A stretch of DNA of 63,983 bases from Eledone cirrhosa (lineage: Eukaryota). This document shows positions 1 through 11,669 of this stretch, in pieces (the first letter of the stretch is position 1; every line of letters begins with the position of its first letter). A program made the translations under genes and the position numbers. The notes beneath the pieces are model-generated. The model saw only the letters and a list, made by a program, of their open reading frames with translations. It was not told the origin of the DNA and ran no database searches. The stretch is from assembly GCA_964016885.1 (NCBI GenBank), contig OZ024740.1, positions 61,566,018 to 61,630,000 on the forward strand. The letters are read 5' to 3'.

Positions 1-116
1 TCTCTGTATGTCTGGCTGTCTGCATTATGAAAACCATTCTGTTCATTGACTTCGCTATCTCTGTGTGTGTGTGTGTATATGTATATATAGTGTGTGTATA
101 TATATATATATATATA

Positions 117-174
<58 letters not shown>

Positions 175-270
175 TTTGTATCATAAATAAGAGACAGTTT
201 AATTTGTATATTTTATCACAGCATTCCTTTATACGTATATATATACATACATAAACATGTTATTTGCAGT

Positions 271-730
271 TGTAGCAAGAGTTGCCTCCCTTGTCATGAC
301 AATCTCATCACCGCTCTCTAGACAGGAAGTAGCTGGAGTTGCTTCCCTTTGGGGTTGACAGACTCCCTGTTGGTCACTTCCGGTCAGACCCTATAAAAGG
401 AACAGGTCAGGACAATCTTTCTCTCTCGCCTCCTGAAATCCAAAGTGGTAACACCTGCGACCTTAGCATGAAATGATTCCTTTCTCATAATCCTTCGCCA
501 CCAAGAAGAATGCAACATGCAGCCTAAGAGCCTATGAAGATGTTAACACCAGCTAGAAAAGATCTCTCCTTTTCTCTACACACTTCAGCCTGGAGTTGTG
601 ATCCATGGGTAACGATTCATTTATATTAATACCTTTGACTTCTATGAAGTAAAAACATTATCACAACACACACCGGCATTTACTGCCTTTTGTAATAATT
701 TTATATGTACACCGATACTAATCTCCTAAA
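271..730 (+). repeat. 5' LTR
   Basis: TGTAG...CTAAA; TATAAAA at 392-398; about 4 substitutions against the 3' LTR by eye. Confidence 0.95.
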
Positions 731-731
731 G

Positions 732-751
732 TGGTGACCCCCCGACGTGAT
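732..751 (+). promoter_or_regulatory. Primer-binding site complementary to the tRNA-Trp 3' end
   Basis: TGGTGACCCCCCGACGTGAT is the known tRNA-Trp PBS TGGTGACCCCGACGTGAT with two extra C; it lies 1 nt after the LTR. Confidence 0.9.
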
Positions 752-1173
752 TTAAAAAAAAAAAAAAAAAATGGGAAACGGTGTATATAGAAAAATAAAA
801 AAAAATAACAATTTAATACAAAACGAACACCTACAGTTATTGACACACAAACAAACAGCAATTGTATGAATGTTTTTGCCTTTTTTTTCTCTCCTTTTCT
901 GCCCTTATCTTCTCTGGCTAAAAATTTTTGAGTCTCTCTTCTCCATCATTAGTGTTTTTGGCGCGAAATAGTCCGCCATGTTGGATTTTTTTAAAAGTTC
1001 CTTGCCCTTATCTTAGTAATAACAGCATTCACTTAATCGCTTCTTTGCATATTGTCCCGGATGCATTATTTTTCCGGTCCAGTGGTTTGATAGGGAAAAA
1101 TAAACGATTTTGTTTTCCTTCTCTGTTGCATTAGAGACATTTTTCCAAACGGTAAATTGCCTACGGTATACCA

Positions 1174-1968
1174 ATGGCTTCCCACTCTGTTCTGCCAACG
1201 TACACGGGCGACGTAAGGCTATGGTTCGCCCAGCTAGAAGCATTCTTCAAAGCGAACAGAGTTGACGAGGAACTACAACGTTCTGTGATTCTTAGCGCAA
1301 TTCCGCCGGCAATTCTCCCAGCGATTAAGGACCTGGTGTTAGAGACACCCACAAACTCGTCGTACACGTCTCTGAAGGCTGAAATACTCAGCCGGACAGA
1401 ACAGTCTTCAGAAAAAAGATTTAGGGCTTTGGTTCATCTGGAGCATATAGGGGATGGCACCCCATCGAACCTCCTAAGGCGAATGAAGGACCTAACGGAG
1501 GGGTCGGTAGCGGAAACTGCCCTGCTGAAGCAGTTGTTCTTCTCGCGCCTGCCGACCAACGTACAGGCAATTTTGGCCCCCATGAGGGATACAAGCACGA
1601 TGGATCAGCTTGCCTCATCTGCGGACAAAGTTTTCGAGGTGACGAATGCCGGAGGCAGCGACCCCCTTGCCGCTGTTCACCACCCAGTTCAGGCCACACA
1701 CGGCCATGCGATCTACGCGGCAGCGCCAATAGACAGCTCGACCATTATAGCGATGGAAAGGTACATTCAGGAACTCACCATAGAGCTGAACAAGATGAAG
1801 GCCTTGTGTGGTGCCGGTTCGCGCCCCCGCAGTCGCGGGAGATCGCAAAGTTTTAGACGGCGTTCTAAATCACCAGCTTCATCTTTATGCTGGTACCACG
1901 AGCGATTTGCTGAGAACGCGAATCACTGCGTGCAACCTTGCTCCTTTCATAAGGCGGCAAACGCCTAA
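1174..1968 (+). CDS. gag: Gag protein (264 aa)
   Basis: N-terminal WFAQLEAFF capsid-like motif; RS-rich stretch; C-terminal CWYHERFAENANHCVQPC = Cx2Hx9Cx3C (CHCC), typical of the CsRn1 clade. Confidence 0.9.
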   Translation: MASHSVLPTYTGDVRLWFAQLEAFFKANRVDEELQRSVILSAIPPAILPAIKDLVLETPTNSSYTSLKAEILSRTEQSSEKRFRALVHLEHIGDGTPSNLLRRMKDLTEGSVAETALLKQLFFSRLPTNVQAILAPMRDTSTMDQLASSADKVFEVTNAGGSDPLAAVHHPVQATHGHAIYAAAPIDSSTIIAMERYIQELTIELNKMKALCGAGSRPRSRGRSQSFRRRSKSPASSLCWYHERFAENANHCVQPCSFHKAANA

Positions 1969-4900
1969 GAGGTTCTCTGATGGAGACAGTTGACCTCAAC
2001 ATAAAGCCACCAAACCGCCATTTCTTCATTAAGGACCTGATGTCCGGAAGAGGTTTCCTCGTGGATACAGGAGCCTCCTGTAGTATTTGGCCAGTCCATT
2101 GCCTGAAAGATACCCCCATAGAGTCATCTGTTACGCTGCAGGCAGTTAACCACTCGTCTATAAAGACGTACGGGCAAATCTCGCTTCCTCTCAAATTCTA
2201 TAAATCTTCGAAGAGATTTTAAGTGGATTTTTACGGTTGCCGATTTGCCATACCCCATCTTAGGAGCGGATTTCTCCCACAACTTCTCTTTAACTGTGGA
2301 CGTCCGTGGCCAACGCCTGGTGGATAACATCACCGACTTTTCAATTCATGGCCAGGAAGCCAATGCTCCAATAGTCAGCCCCATGTTCTTCGTCGCTGCC
2401 GCTGGAGACGCCTACCATTCGTTGCTGGGATCTTTCCCGGAGCTCACGGATGGAAATTTTCGAGTCACTGACCCAACACACTCGACCGAACATTTCGTTT
2501 CCACCACCGGTGCACCAGTGTTTTCGCGTCCACGCCGCTTACCGACGGAAAAATTAAAGGCAGCACGGTCCGAGTTCGACCATATGCTGCAGTTGGGCAT
2601 TATTCGCCCATCTACGAGTCCTTGGGCTTCACCGTTACACATGGTGCCCAAGACTTCCGGCGACTGGAGACCCACTGGGGATTATAGGAGGTTAAATGCC
2701 ATGACCGTCCCGGATAGGTATCCCATTCCCCATCTCCATGATTTTGCATCTTCACTGCAGGGGTGTAAGATTGTTTTCTAAGTTAGATTTAGTGCGAGCC
2801 TACCACCAAATTCCGGTCAGGAAGGAGGATATTCCGAAAACGGCGATTACAACCCCTTTCGGATCCTTCGAATTTTTTACCATGCCTTTCGGGCTCAGGA
2901 ACGCCGCTAGCACTTTTCAGCGGTTCATAGACGAGGTCACGCGTGGTCTGGACTTCGTTTATGCTTACATAGACGATATTCTCGTCGCTAGTTCCTCTCC
3001 GGAAGAGCATATGCGCCACAGGCTTCTCTTATTTCGGCGACTTCAGGATTACCGCGTTCGCATGAATCCAGCAAAGTGTGTTTTCGGTTCCACTTCCCTA
3101 AATTTTTTAGGCCACCTCATCGACGCCGAAGGTATTAGGCCGCTCCCTCAGCGAGTTCAAGCCATACAGGAGTTACCTCCGCCTACTACACTTCACCAGT
3201 TGCGTCACTTCTTAGGCCTAATCAATTTCTATAGGCGTTTTCGTTCCTCATTGTGCTAATTTGCTATCTTCCCTTACTGACATTTTAAAAATCGTCGTAA
3301 GAAGAATGAAGACATTTCCTTGACACAAGGACAGCTTCAAGACTGCCAAGACAGCACTCGCTAGTTCTTCTTTGCTAGCCCCACCCGGTACCAGAGGCCA
3401 AGCTTTCGCTTTGTGTTGATGCATCTGATACCGCTGTGGGAGCAGTTTTACAGCAGTCCTACGCTGAAAACCAACAACCTTTGGCATTTTTCTCGAGGAA
3501 GTTGAAACCAGCAGAAACGCGTTATAGCACGTTTGGGCGGGAATTATTAGCCATATATCTGTCGGTGAAACATTTCTCTCATATTCTTGAGGGGAGAAAT
3601 TTTACAGTTTTTACCGACCACAAACCTTTGACCTTCGCTTTGAGGGCCAAAGCCGACAGATATTCGCCCAGAGAGACAAGGCACCTGGACTACGTTTCAC
3701 AATTTACAAACGATATCCAGCACATTGCCGGCTCGCACAACATAGCTGCAGATGCATTGTCACGTTTGCCAATTAGCTCCATCTCGTCATCCCAGGAGAT
3801 CGACTTAGGTCGTTTAGCTGCAGACCAACCTGCACTCCAATCGCTGGACACTCTTTCTGCTGAATTTGCGACTTGCATTTTCAAATATCTGCCCTTGTCC
3901 ACCACCGACAAGCAGATTCTATGTGATGTATCTACTGATGCACCACGACCACTTGTTCCTGAGACTCACCGTCGAATTGTGTTCCTGGCTTTGCACAACA
4001 TTTCTCATCCAGGATCTGCTGCCACAGTAAAGCTCATAACAGTCAGATTCTTCTGGCCAAATATGAGGCGCGACATTGCTGCTTGGTGCCGTTCCTGCAG
4101 CGCTTGCCAGAAATCGAAGATCCATAGACACATCCGGACTCCACTTGGTACTTTCAGTACTCCAGATGCTCGGTTTCAACATATCCACATTGACATCGTT
4201 GGACCTTGGCCATTCAGTAGTGGATATTCATACATATTGACCTGTGTCGATCGTTTTTCGCGATGGCCTGAAGCCATCCCTTTACAAGACATGACTGCTG
4301 AGACTGTAGCACGTGCCCTGGTATCAGGGTGGATTACCCGCTTTGGGGTACCAACTACACCCACCACAGACCGTGGTAGACAATTCGAGTCCCATCTCTT
4401 CTCTGAGCTCACAAAAATAATTGGAGCTCAACGGATTCGGACCACAGCCTATCATCCTGCTTCAAATGGAATGGTGGAACGATTCCACCGCCAATTAAAG
4501 GCCGCTCTTCGCGCCTATCCAGACTCTCAACGCTGGAGCGAGTACCTTCCTATTGTGTTGTTAGGAATTCGGTCATCAATAAAGGAGGACCTTGGGTTCT
4601 CCCCGGCCGAATTACTTTACGGTGCTCCTCTAGCGTTGCCTGGGCAAATGCTAGCCCCTGTTGATCTTGCTTTCCAAGACCCGCTTTCCTACGTATCCCG
4701 TCTGCGTTCTTATTTTCAGGACCTGCCGCCGATGGATACGAGGAAACAAACTGTAAAACCTGCGGTCCCGAGGGATATTGCCTCGTGGACCCATGTGTTC
4801 GTAAGGAACAATGCTGTGAGACCACCCCTCACACAACCATACTCTGGACCCTACCGTGTGTTAGCACGTACTGACAAACATTTCACTGTAGACGTTAAGG

Positions 4901-5103
4901 GGTCGGGAGAGACAATTTCGGTGGATAGACTGAAAAGGGCACACAATGACGCTCATACACCCGAGCCACAAATACCCCAATCTTTCTCTCTTGTGCATAC
5001 ACCTGCTCCTTCTGCCCCACCTTCACCTACATACAAGACTACGACCCGTTCCGGTCGGAGAGTCCACTGGCCCAAAAAGTTCTGCCAAACTATTTTTATG
5101 TGA
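1953..5103 (+). pseudogene. pol: Pol polyprotein (protease, RT, RNase H, integrase) broken by several frameshifts
   Basis: LVDTGAS protease (ORF 1980-2222); [18 protein letters not shown] and YIDD RT (2245-2781, 2738-3259); FTDHKPL RNase H, HHCC zinc finger, HIDIVGP...TDRGRQFES...ERFHRQLK integrase and GPY motif (3436-5103). Confidence 0.93.
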
Positions 5104-5706
5104 ACTGGCCACTGGAGCCTTATTTTTTGTTTTTGCTGTTCTTGTTATTTATTGATTTATTGTATTACAATGTACCTCTCATTATCATTTCACTGGATGT
5201 ATATATATGTTTTTCGTTTCCTTTTACAACGAACATTTTAAGCTATATTCTTCTATTTGCCGGTTTAAAAATTTACCACGTAAATTTGCCGTTGAAAACT
5301 GCGCATTTATTCAGAACGCTTATTTCTCTGGTCGCTGGCCTCTTGACCCTTCCAGGTCAACGCATTCACAACATCAACAACAACAACACAGCTTCATCAA
5401 CAACCAAAACCAGCAGAACAAGCCAGAGAATTTATTTCTGCAGCACTCTTCCTGTGAGAAATTCCCTTCGGAATTTGGAAATTTCACGTTATACCACAGA
5501 CCAGAAGCCACCTGCATTCATTCTCTGGAACACATTCTTTCCTGCTGTCATGTGATTGCACACATGTGAACTGTATTTTGAACTTTGACCTCTTCTCTTC
5601 CTTTGATTACATTGTATCATAATTTTCATGCCTCTTACATGCTCGCCATCTTACTCCATGCATGCTTCATTCGATTTTTATGTTTTAAAAATCTGGCGGG
5701 AGATAA

Positions 5707-6166
5707 TGTAGCAAGAGTTGCCTCCCTTGTCATGACAATCTCATCACCGCTCTCTAGACAGGAAGTAGCTGGAGTTGCTTCCCTTTGGGGTTGACAGACT
5801 CCCTGTTGGTCACTTCCGGTCAGACCCTATAAAAGGAACAGGTCAGGACAATCTTTCTCTCTCGCCTCCTGAAATCCAAAGTGGTAACACCTGCGCCCTT
5901 AGCATGAAATGATTCCTTTCTCATAATCCTTCGCCACCAAGAAGAATGCAACTGGCAGCCTAAGAGCCTATGAAGATGTTAACACCAGCTAGAAAAGATC
6001 TCTCCTTTTCTCTACACACTTCAGTCTGGAGTTGTGATCCATGGGTAACGATTCATTTATATTAATACCTTTGACTTCTATGAAGTAAAAACATTATCAC
6101 AACACACACCGGCATTTACTGCCTTTTGTAATAATTTTATATGTACACCGATACTAATCTCCTAAA
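5707..6166 (+). repeat. 3' LTR, preceded by purine-rich tract GGCGGGAGATAA
   Basis: Direct repeat of 271-730. Confidence 0.95.
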
Positions 6167-6409
6167 CAGTTGTATAAAAAAGAAGTATAATTGTTTCTAC
6201 TTTTGGCTCAAGGCCAGCAATTATCCCAGTATATTACTGGTACTTTATTATGTATAATATACATTCCTCTATCTTTCTTATTCTGTCTTTTAAGATAAAT
6301 ACATAGCTATAAGGTCGCGCGCTTATAATATCTGTCTGTATGTCTGCATTGACTTCGCTTCTAACCAACTTTTAATTAATTATATATATTTATATAATTA
6401 TATATTCGT

Positions 6410-6608
6410 GTACATATTTTCAACAGTAATACTGTACTATATATTTTCAAGAGTAGTATTGTACTATATATTTTCAATAGTAATACTGTACTGTACTATA
6501 CATTTTCAGCAGTAATACTGTACTATATATTTTCAACATTAATACTATATTATCTATTTTCAACATCAATACTATACTATATATTTTCAACAGTGATTCT
6601 ATATTATA
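6410..6608. repeat. ~25-bp AT-rich minisatellite (TATATTTTCAACAGTAATACTGTAC), continuing at 8029-8078
   Basis: About 7-8 degenerate units left of the Helitron and about 2 to its right. Confidence 0.85.
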
Positions 6609-6913
6609 CTAGCAGTAAAGCCCGGCGTTGCTCGGGGTCGCTCAGTAGCTGTGTTAAAGTTACAATGTTAAGTTTCTTTTTTGGCTTAAAAACTGTAGTG
6701 TCTACTGTGCAGACTTGCATGTGGTGTTTTTGATTAATATTCCCTCAACCAACAATATGCCTTATGAAGTTAAGAAAACATAACGATAACCCGAATGTTA
6801 TAACAAAAGAGGATGCTGGGGATAAAAACTGCACTGGTTATTTATTAACAAAGATCGAAAATGTAAACACTGCAACGCAGAGAAAAACATTAGCGTAACC
6901 AAATTATCAGTTA

Positions 6914-7079
6914 TGTCTGTCTGCACGCCTATATCACCTCTCTGCACGACTGTCTGTCTGCACGCCTATATCACCTCTCTGCACGACTGTCTGTCTGCAC
7001 GCCTATATCACCTCTCTGCACGACTGTCTGTCTGCACGCCTATATCACCTCTCTGCACGACTATCTGTCTGCACGCCTA
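6914..7079. repeat. 37-bp tandem repeat, ~4.5 copies, inside the Helitron
   Basis: Unit TGTCTGTCTGCACGCCTATATCACCTCTCTGCACGAC starts at 6914, 6951, 6988 and 7025, with a partial copy at 7062. Confidence 0.95.
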
Positions 7080-7506
7080 ACGACGAAATATTTGCTTGTT
7101 TTACGTAGTCTTTAAATAGACTTGTTTTCAAGTAAAAATATTGTTTTAAAATGCTTTTAAATGGAAATGAAGCAAAACGGAAGCTTAGTGTTCGAACTGA
7201 TGAATTTTGCAGGTCAATATTTTGCTGGCTCGACAACTGTTAAAGCCAGCGTAATTTTTTACGTAAGACGCTCAATGTAAACAGAACAAAGGGAAATAAC
7301 TGATCACTTACGCTCAAAAATCGATACATTATATTCGATTTCGTCACATAGGGTGGGTCAATTTGAAATTTTTTTTTTCCGATGTCTTCGCTAGGGCTCA
7401 CTGTACAAGTATAGCAATTTCGGTGCAATTCCGTGAGAGATTCTAAGAGGAGATGTGTGCCAAAAATCGATAGACAGACAGACAACCACAGTTTTATATA
7501 TATAGA

Positions 7507-8028
7507 TGACATAATCAAAAACAAGAACTTATTTGAAAATTTATTTGACCGATGGTTCCGCCGGACCTTCATCTATAAGTGTAGCAATTTCACCGAAATT
7601 TGAACGTACGGTTTAAGAGGAGATGTGTGCCGAAGGTTTTAGTAGACAGACAGACAACCTCAGTTTTATATATATAGATGACATAATCAAAAACAAGAAC
7701 TTATTTGAAAATTTATTTGACCGATGGTTCCGCCGGACCTTCATCTATAAGTGTAGCAATTTCACCGAAATTTGAACGTACGGTTTAAGAGGAGATGTGT
7801 GCCGAAGGTTTTAGTAGACAGACAGACAACCTCAGTTTTATATATATATAGATAGATGACATAATCAAAAACAAGAACTTATTTGAAAATTTATTTGACC
7901 GATGGTTCCGCCTGACCTTCATCTATAAGTGTAGCAATTTCACCGAAATTTGAACGTACGGTTTAAGAGAGGATGTGTGCCGAAGGTTTTAGTAGACAGA
8001 CAGACAACCTCAGTTTTATATATATAGA
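7507..8028 (-). repeat. Three tandem ~172-178-bp copies of the Helitron 5' end
   Basis: Near-identical units 7507-7678, 7679-7856 and 7857-8028, each ending in GACAGACAACCTCAGTTTTA(TA)nGA. Confidence 0.9.
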
Positions 8029-8644
8029 TTTTCAACAGTAATACTATACTATATATTTTCAACAATAATACTATACTACACAGACGGCTTATCGTCTGTT
8101 TATCCAAGCGAAGCTAGGTACGTCAGCTACATATATATATCTGGATGCTTTAGAACACACCAATGGTAACTGGGCGCCAGCCGGACGAGTCTGGTAGTTT
8201 ATATATATACATATATATATATCAATTAGAAATAGATTGACATATATATATATAAAATAAATACATGAAACAATCACAGGGAATAATTTGTAAAGAATGT
8301 AGGCACACATAGCTAGGTAGGTAACTAATTAAAGTTTGACTAGAACTTCAAATACCTTTTAAAGTGATTAATCTCCTTTGTATATATTTCTTTAAGTAAG
8401 AAATATATTTCACCTATTAATCCGTAAATCACAGCAGTTAAATTCTTGGATGTTCACCAAAGGAGAATAAAAATAACCATCTGTGTTTACAAAGCAAATG
8501 CAAATCTGTGAATGGTTCGAACCATGTGTTGCATTTTTTAAAAAATACACCCGTAGAATGTAATGCTCGGATCTAATCTTTGAGCTTATTCTACGGTGGA
8601 TATGGCGCATGTCTCTCAGAGATGACAACCCTTAATTTTAATTT

Positions 8645-8697
<53 letters not shown>

Positions 8698-8699
<2 letters not shown>

Positions 8700-8957
8700 T
8701 CATCATCACTATTTTATGTCCGTTCTTCCACGCTAGTATGGGTTAGACTGTTGTCCTGCTGTGAGCAGTGTCCAGTCGGCTGACCTTGTCTTGCTCATAT
8801 GGGAACTGATTCTGGCTTGATTTCTACAGCTGGATGGCCTTCCTAACACCAACCTCATTTACAGTGGGGGGGGGGGGGCATATTGTCTATATACTTCAGC
8901 TTCAGCTTGTTCCTGTGGGGCGTCGGGTCTTCTGTATTACTGCATGATGCCAGAGAT
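8698..8957 (-). mobile_element. RTE LINE 3'-end fragment
   Basis: Matches the 3' UTR and (GAT)n tail of the RTE copies at 25686-26050 and 53930-54278. Confidence 0.8.
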
Positions 8958-9107
8958 ATAAATATATATATATATGGGAGTGTGTGTATATGTGTGCATG
9001 TACATGTGTATATATATAGATTTATACATAACATGTCAAATTGTACAAAAGTCCCTAGGGATCTAATTGACATTGTATATATATATATATAAAATATATA
9101 TATATAT

Positions 9108-9391
9108 GAGAAGAATGGAGTGCTGCGTGGTTGCACATGGGTTACATATGAATAAAATTAGTCCTTCATCAGTGATTTTCCAACCATCATTGGTATTTCA
9201 TCACTTTAAAAATCATATGCCTCTAATTGGTGCGAGCAATAGCTAAATAAAGCTATTGGGACAAGTAATATAGCGTGAAGTGAGCGAGACATGTAAACAA
9301 ACAATGCTCGCACCAACTAGAGGTATATGATTTTTAAAGCGATGAAATACCAATGAAGGTTGGAAAATCACTGATGAAGGACTAATTTTAT
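9108..9391. mobile_element. Foldback (palindromic) non-autonomous element, short member of the 23.2-24.0 kb family
   Basis: ~86-bp inverted arms 9152-9238 and 9305-9391, with a ~45-nt one-sided extension; flanked by (TA)n. Confidence 0.75.
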
Positions 9392-9446
9392 ATATATATA
9401 TTTATATATGTGTATATATATATTCATATATGTATATGTATGTGTG

Positions 9447-9522
<76 letters not shown>

Positions 9523-9984
9523 TAAACGGAATAGAAAATGCTGACAAATTGTTCACAGTTGAAAAATGGTTTAATTAGGAATAAAAGAGTATTAGTGATT
9601 GTATGGGTTAGTATTCAGTTGTGGTTTCAAGTTTTTAAGTTTTTACCGGTTGCGCATTTCTAAATGCTTTTCAGAAATAATTTTGAGATAGAGTGTCCGT
9701 GCTGTTTGCTCTGATCTGATTAGTTTTGGGAATTCTACCTGTTTTTATGTTAAAAAAGTGGCTCCAATTTGCAAAAATTCTTGTGGTCAAAACAATTTTG
9801 ATTGGTCGGTAGAGGTCATGTGAATGTAAAAAATTGATTTTGCGCCAAGACTGTTTTTATGTTAAAAAAGTGGCTCCAGCAAAAATTATTGTGGTCAAAA
9901 CAATTTTGATTGGTCGGTAGAGGTCATGTGAATAAAAAATTTGTTTTGCGCCAAGATTGAGAAATGACTCTTTCACAACAAATA

Positions 9985-10017
<33 letters not shown>

Positions 10018-10098
10018 GTGTGTGTGTAGTAGTACTAGTAGTGTGTTCGATGTTGTGATAATGGTTAGCAGCGATGTGTGTCAAATGGCTATTAAGAT

Positions 10099-10147
<49 letters not shown>

Positions 10148-10500
10148 GCAGAGTAATTCGTGCTGGCAGGGATGGTCAGTAAGAATGTGTCTGAAAGCAA
10201 TGGGGGGTATTTTAGCATGTCAAAAGATATTTTTCAGCTTTTGTCTTATACGGAGAAGTGCGTGTGTGTGTGTGTGTGTATATATAAGTCTCTTTGTATG
10301 TTGATGTACGCGTGTGTGTATATATGTGTGTGTGTGTGTGTGGGTGGGTGGACCAGTATTTTTTTCCCCCTGGTAAAATGGTGTACATTATTCGATTTTT
10401 TCAGTAAAATCGGTTCTCTTTCAAAAACTTAACAATAAAAGGTGTGAAATGATATTCACTATATATATATACACACACACATATATACACTACATATATA

Positions 10501-10581
<81 letters not shown>

Positions 10582-10826
10582 TATATATATGCACATATAT
10601 TTTTTTGTGTTGCACCATAGAGCATGTGTGTTTACGTATGTCATTGTGTTTATATGTGGGTAGAGATGTGTGCTGATGTAGGTATGTATGTTGACGTGTG
10701 TATGTTGTGGGTTCGTCTTAGGGAGAAGTGTTTAGACGGGGTCCGTATTTGTTAATGAAGTAAGATTCCTTGCTGATGCGCTGGGTGTGGGTGGCATTAT
10801 CTTTAAATTTGTAAAGGGGAAAAAGA

Positions 10827-11669
10827 ATGGCATTGGAAAAAATGAAGCCAGAAATTGAACTTCTTAAACTGAGGGCCCAGACAAATGAGGAAAAAATCAA
10901 AACCATCGATGAAGAGATCCTCCTGGAAATCAACAACAAAACTGAAGGCTCCAAATTATGGAAAGGGGACTGCAACAGAGAAGAACTGAAATCCCTTCAA
11001 CGCTGGGAAAAAAGTGCCGCTTGGTTCCTACACTATGAATCGACTTTTCAAACGGATTACACCTCCAATAACCCGTTCATAAAAATAGGAAAACCCATAA
11101 CTGAACCGTACAACAACTTCTCAAACCCCCAAGCCTCTAACAAACGAAGAAGGAAGCACCACACCGAAGATGAACTTCCCAACCTCGCTTCCATAAGAAG
11201 GAACAAAAACCCAAGAAATCATCTCCCCCAGAATGACATTTACAACTTTCCCCCTTCAAGGAGACACCATACCAAATCACTCAACTACTACGCGGATGCC
11301 TCATCGTCAAACATAGGGAAAAGATACCACCGCCATGATAGATGTAACAACTTCCCCGCTTCAAGGGGACAGCAAGGTAATTACCATTTTCTCAACTCTC
11401 GCGTCCACAATACACAACAAACCCACACCACACGATACAACCAACAACGTAGGCCACTTATAACACCACAATACAACATGGCACATAGAAACACACACCC
11501 ATACTTGCAGTACAGGAACACCCCATTCAATCTACAACCACCAACCCGAACCACATTTTACAACAACAAGGAATATAACAAACACAGGAGACCACTTAAC
11601 ATCAGCAGACAACCCCTCTACCCCAACCATTTTTTAGACACAGCACACAGATACAGGCAAACAAAATAA
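10827..11669 (+). CDS. PLE upstream ORF1: N-terminal coiled-coil-like helical region plus basic N/R/H/Q-rich low-complexity tail; probably 5'-truncated
   Basis: 280-codon open frame with the same A/C-rich sense-strand bias as ORF2; starts 5 nt after the inversion junction; overlaps the ORF2 frame at 11600-11669. Confidence 0.7.
   Translation: MALEKMKPEIELLKLRAQTNEEKIKTIDEEILLEINNKTEGSKLWKGDCNREELKSLQRWEKSAAWFLHYESTFQTDYTSNNPFIKIGKPITEPYNNFSNPQASNKRRRKHHTEDELPNLASIRRNKNPRNHLPQNDIYNFPPSRRHHTKSLNYYADASSSNIGKRYHRHDRCNNFPASRGQQGNYHFLNSRVHNTQQTHTTRYNQQRRPLITPQYNMAHRNTHPYLQYRNTPFNLQPPTRTTFYNNKEYNKHRRPLNISRQPLYPNHFLDTAHRYRQTK

Larger units (their letters stand above)
271..6166 (+). mobile_element. 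Full-length Ty3/Gypsy LTR retrotransposon, CsRn1/Kabuki/Boudicca-like clade
   Basis: Two 460-bp direct LTRs (271-730, 5707-6166); 4-bp TSD CAGT (267-270, 6167-6170); tRNA-Trp PBS; polypurine-rich tract before the 3' LTR; gag with CHCC motif; pol domain order PR-RT-RH-IN. Confidence 0.95.
6609..8028 (-). mobile_element. Non-autonomous Helitron
   Basis: Minus strand begins TC (8028), ends CTAG (6609), and has a GC hairpin CCCGAGCAACGCCGGG 8 nt before CTAG; inserted between host A and T with no TSD; removing it restores the minisatellite unit. Confidence 0.85.

Noticed and set aside
27-254. YIYIYI / CVCVCV / THTHTH / LSLSLS ORFs here and throughout the window
   Set aside because: Translations of (TA)n, (TG)n, (CA)n and (CT)n microsatellites, not genes.
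6914-7079. 37-bp repeat of CRISPR-like length
   Set aside because: Units are contiguous with no unique spacers, there are no cas genes, and the context is eukaryotic.
10718-10975. Minus-strand ORF ending in the same peptide as the PLE endonuclease
   Set aside because: Chimera of antisense ORF1 and the inverted copy of the ORF2 3' end.
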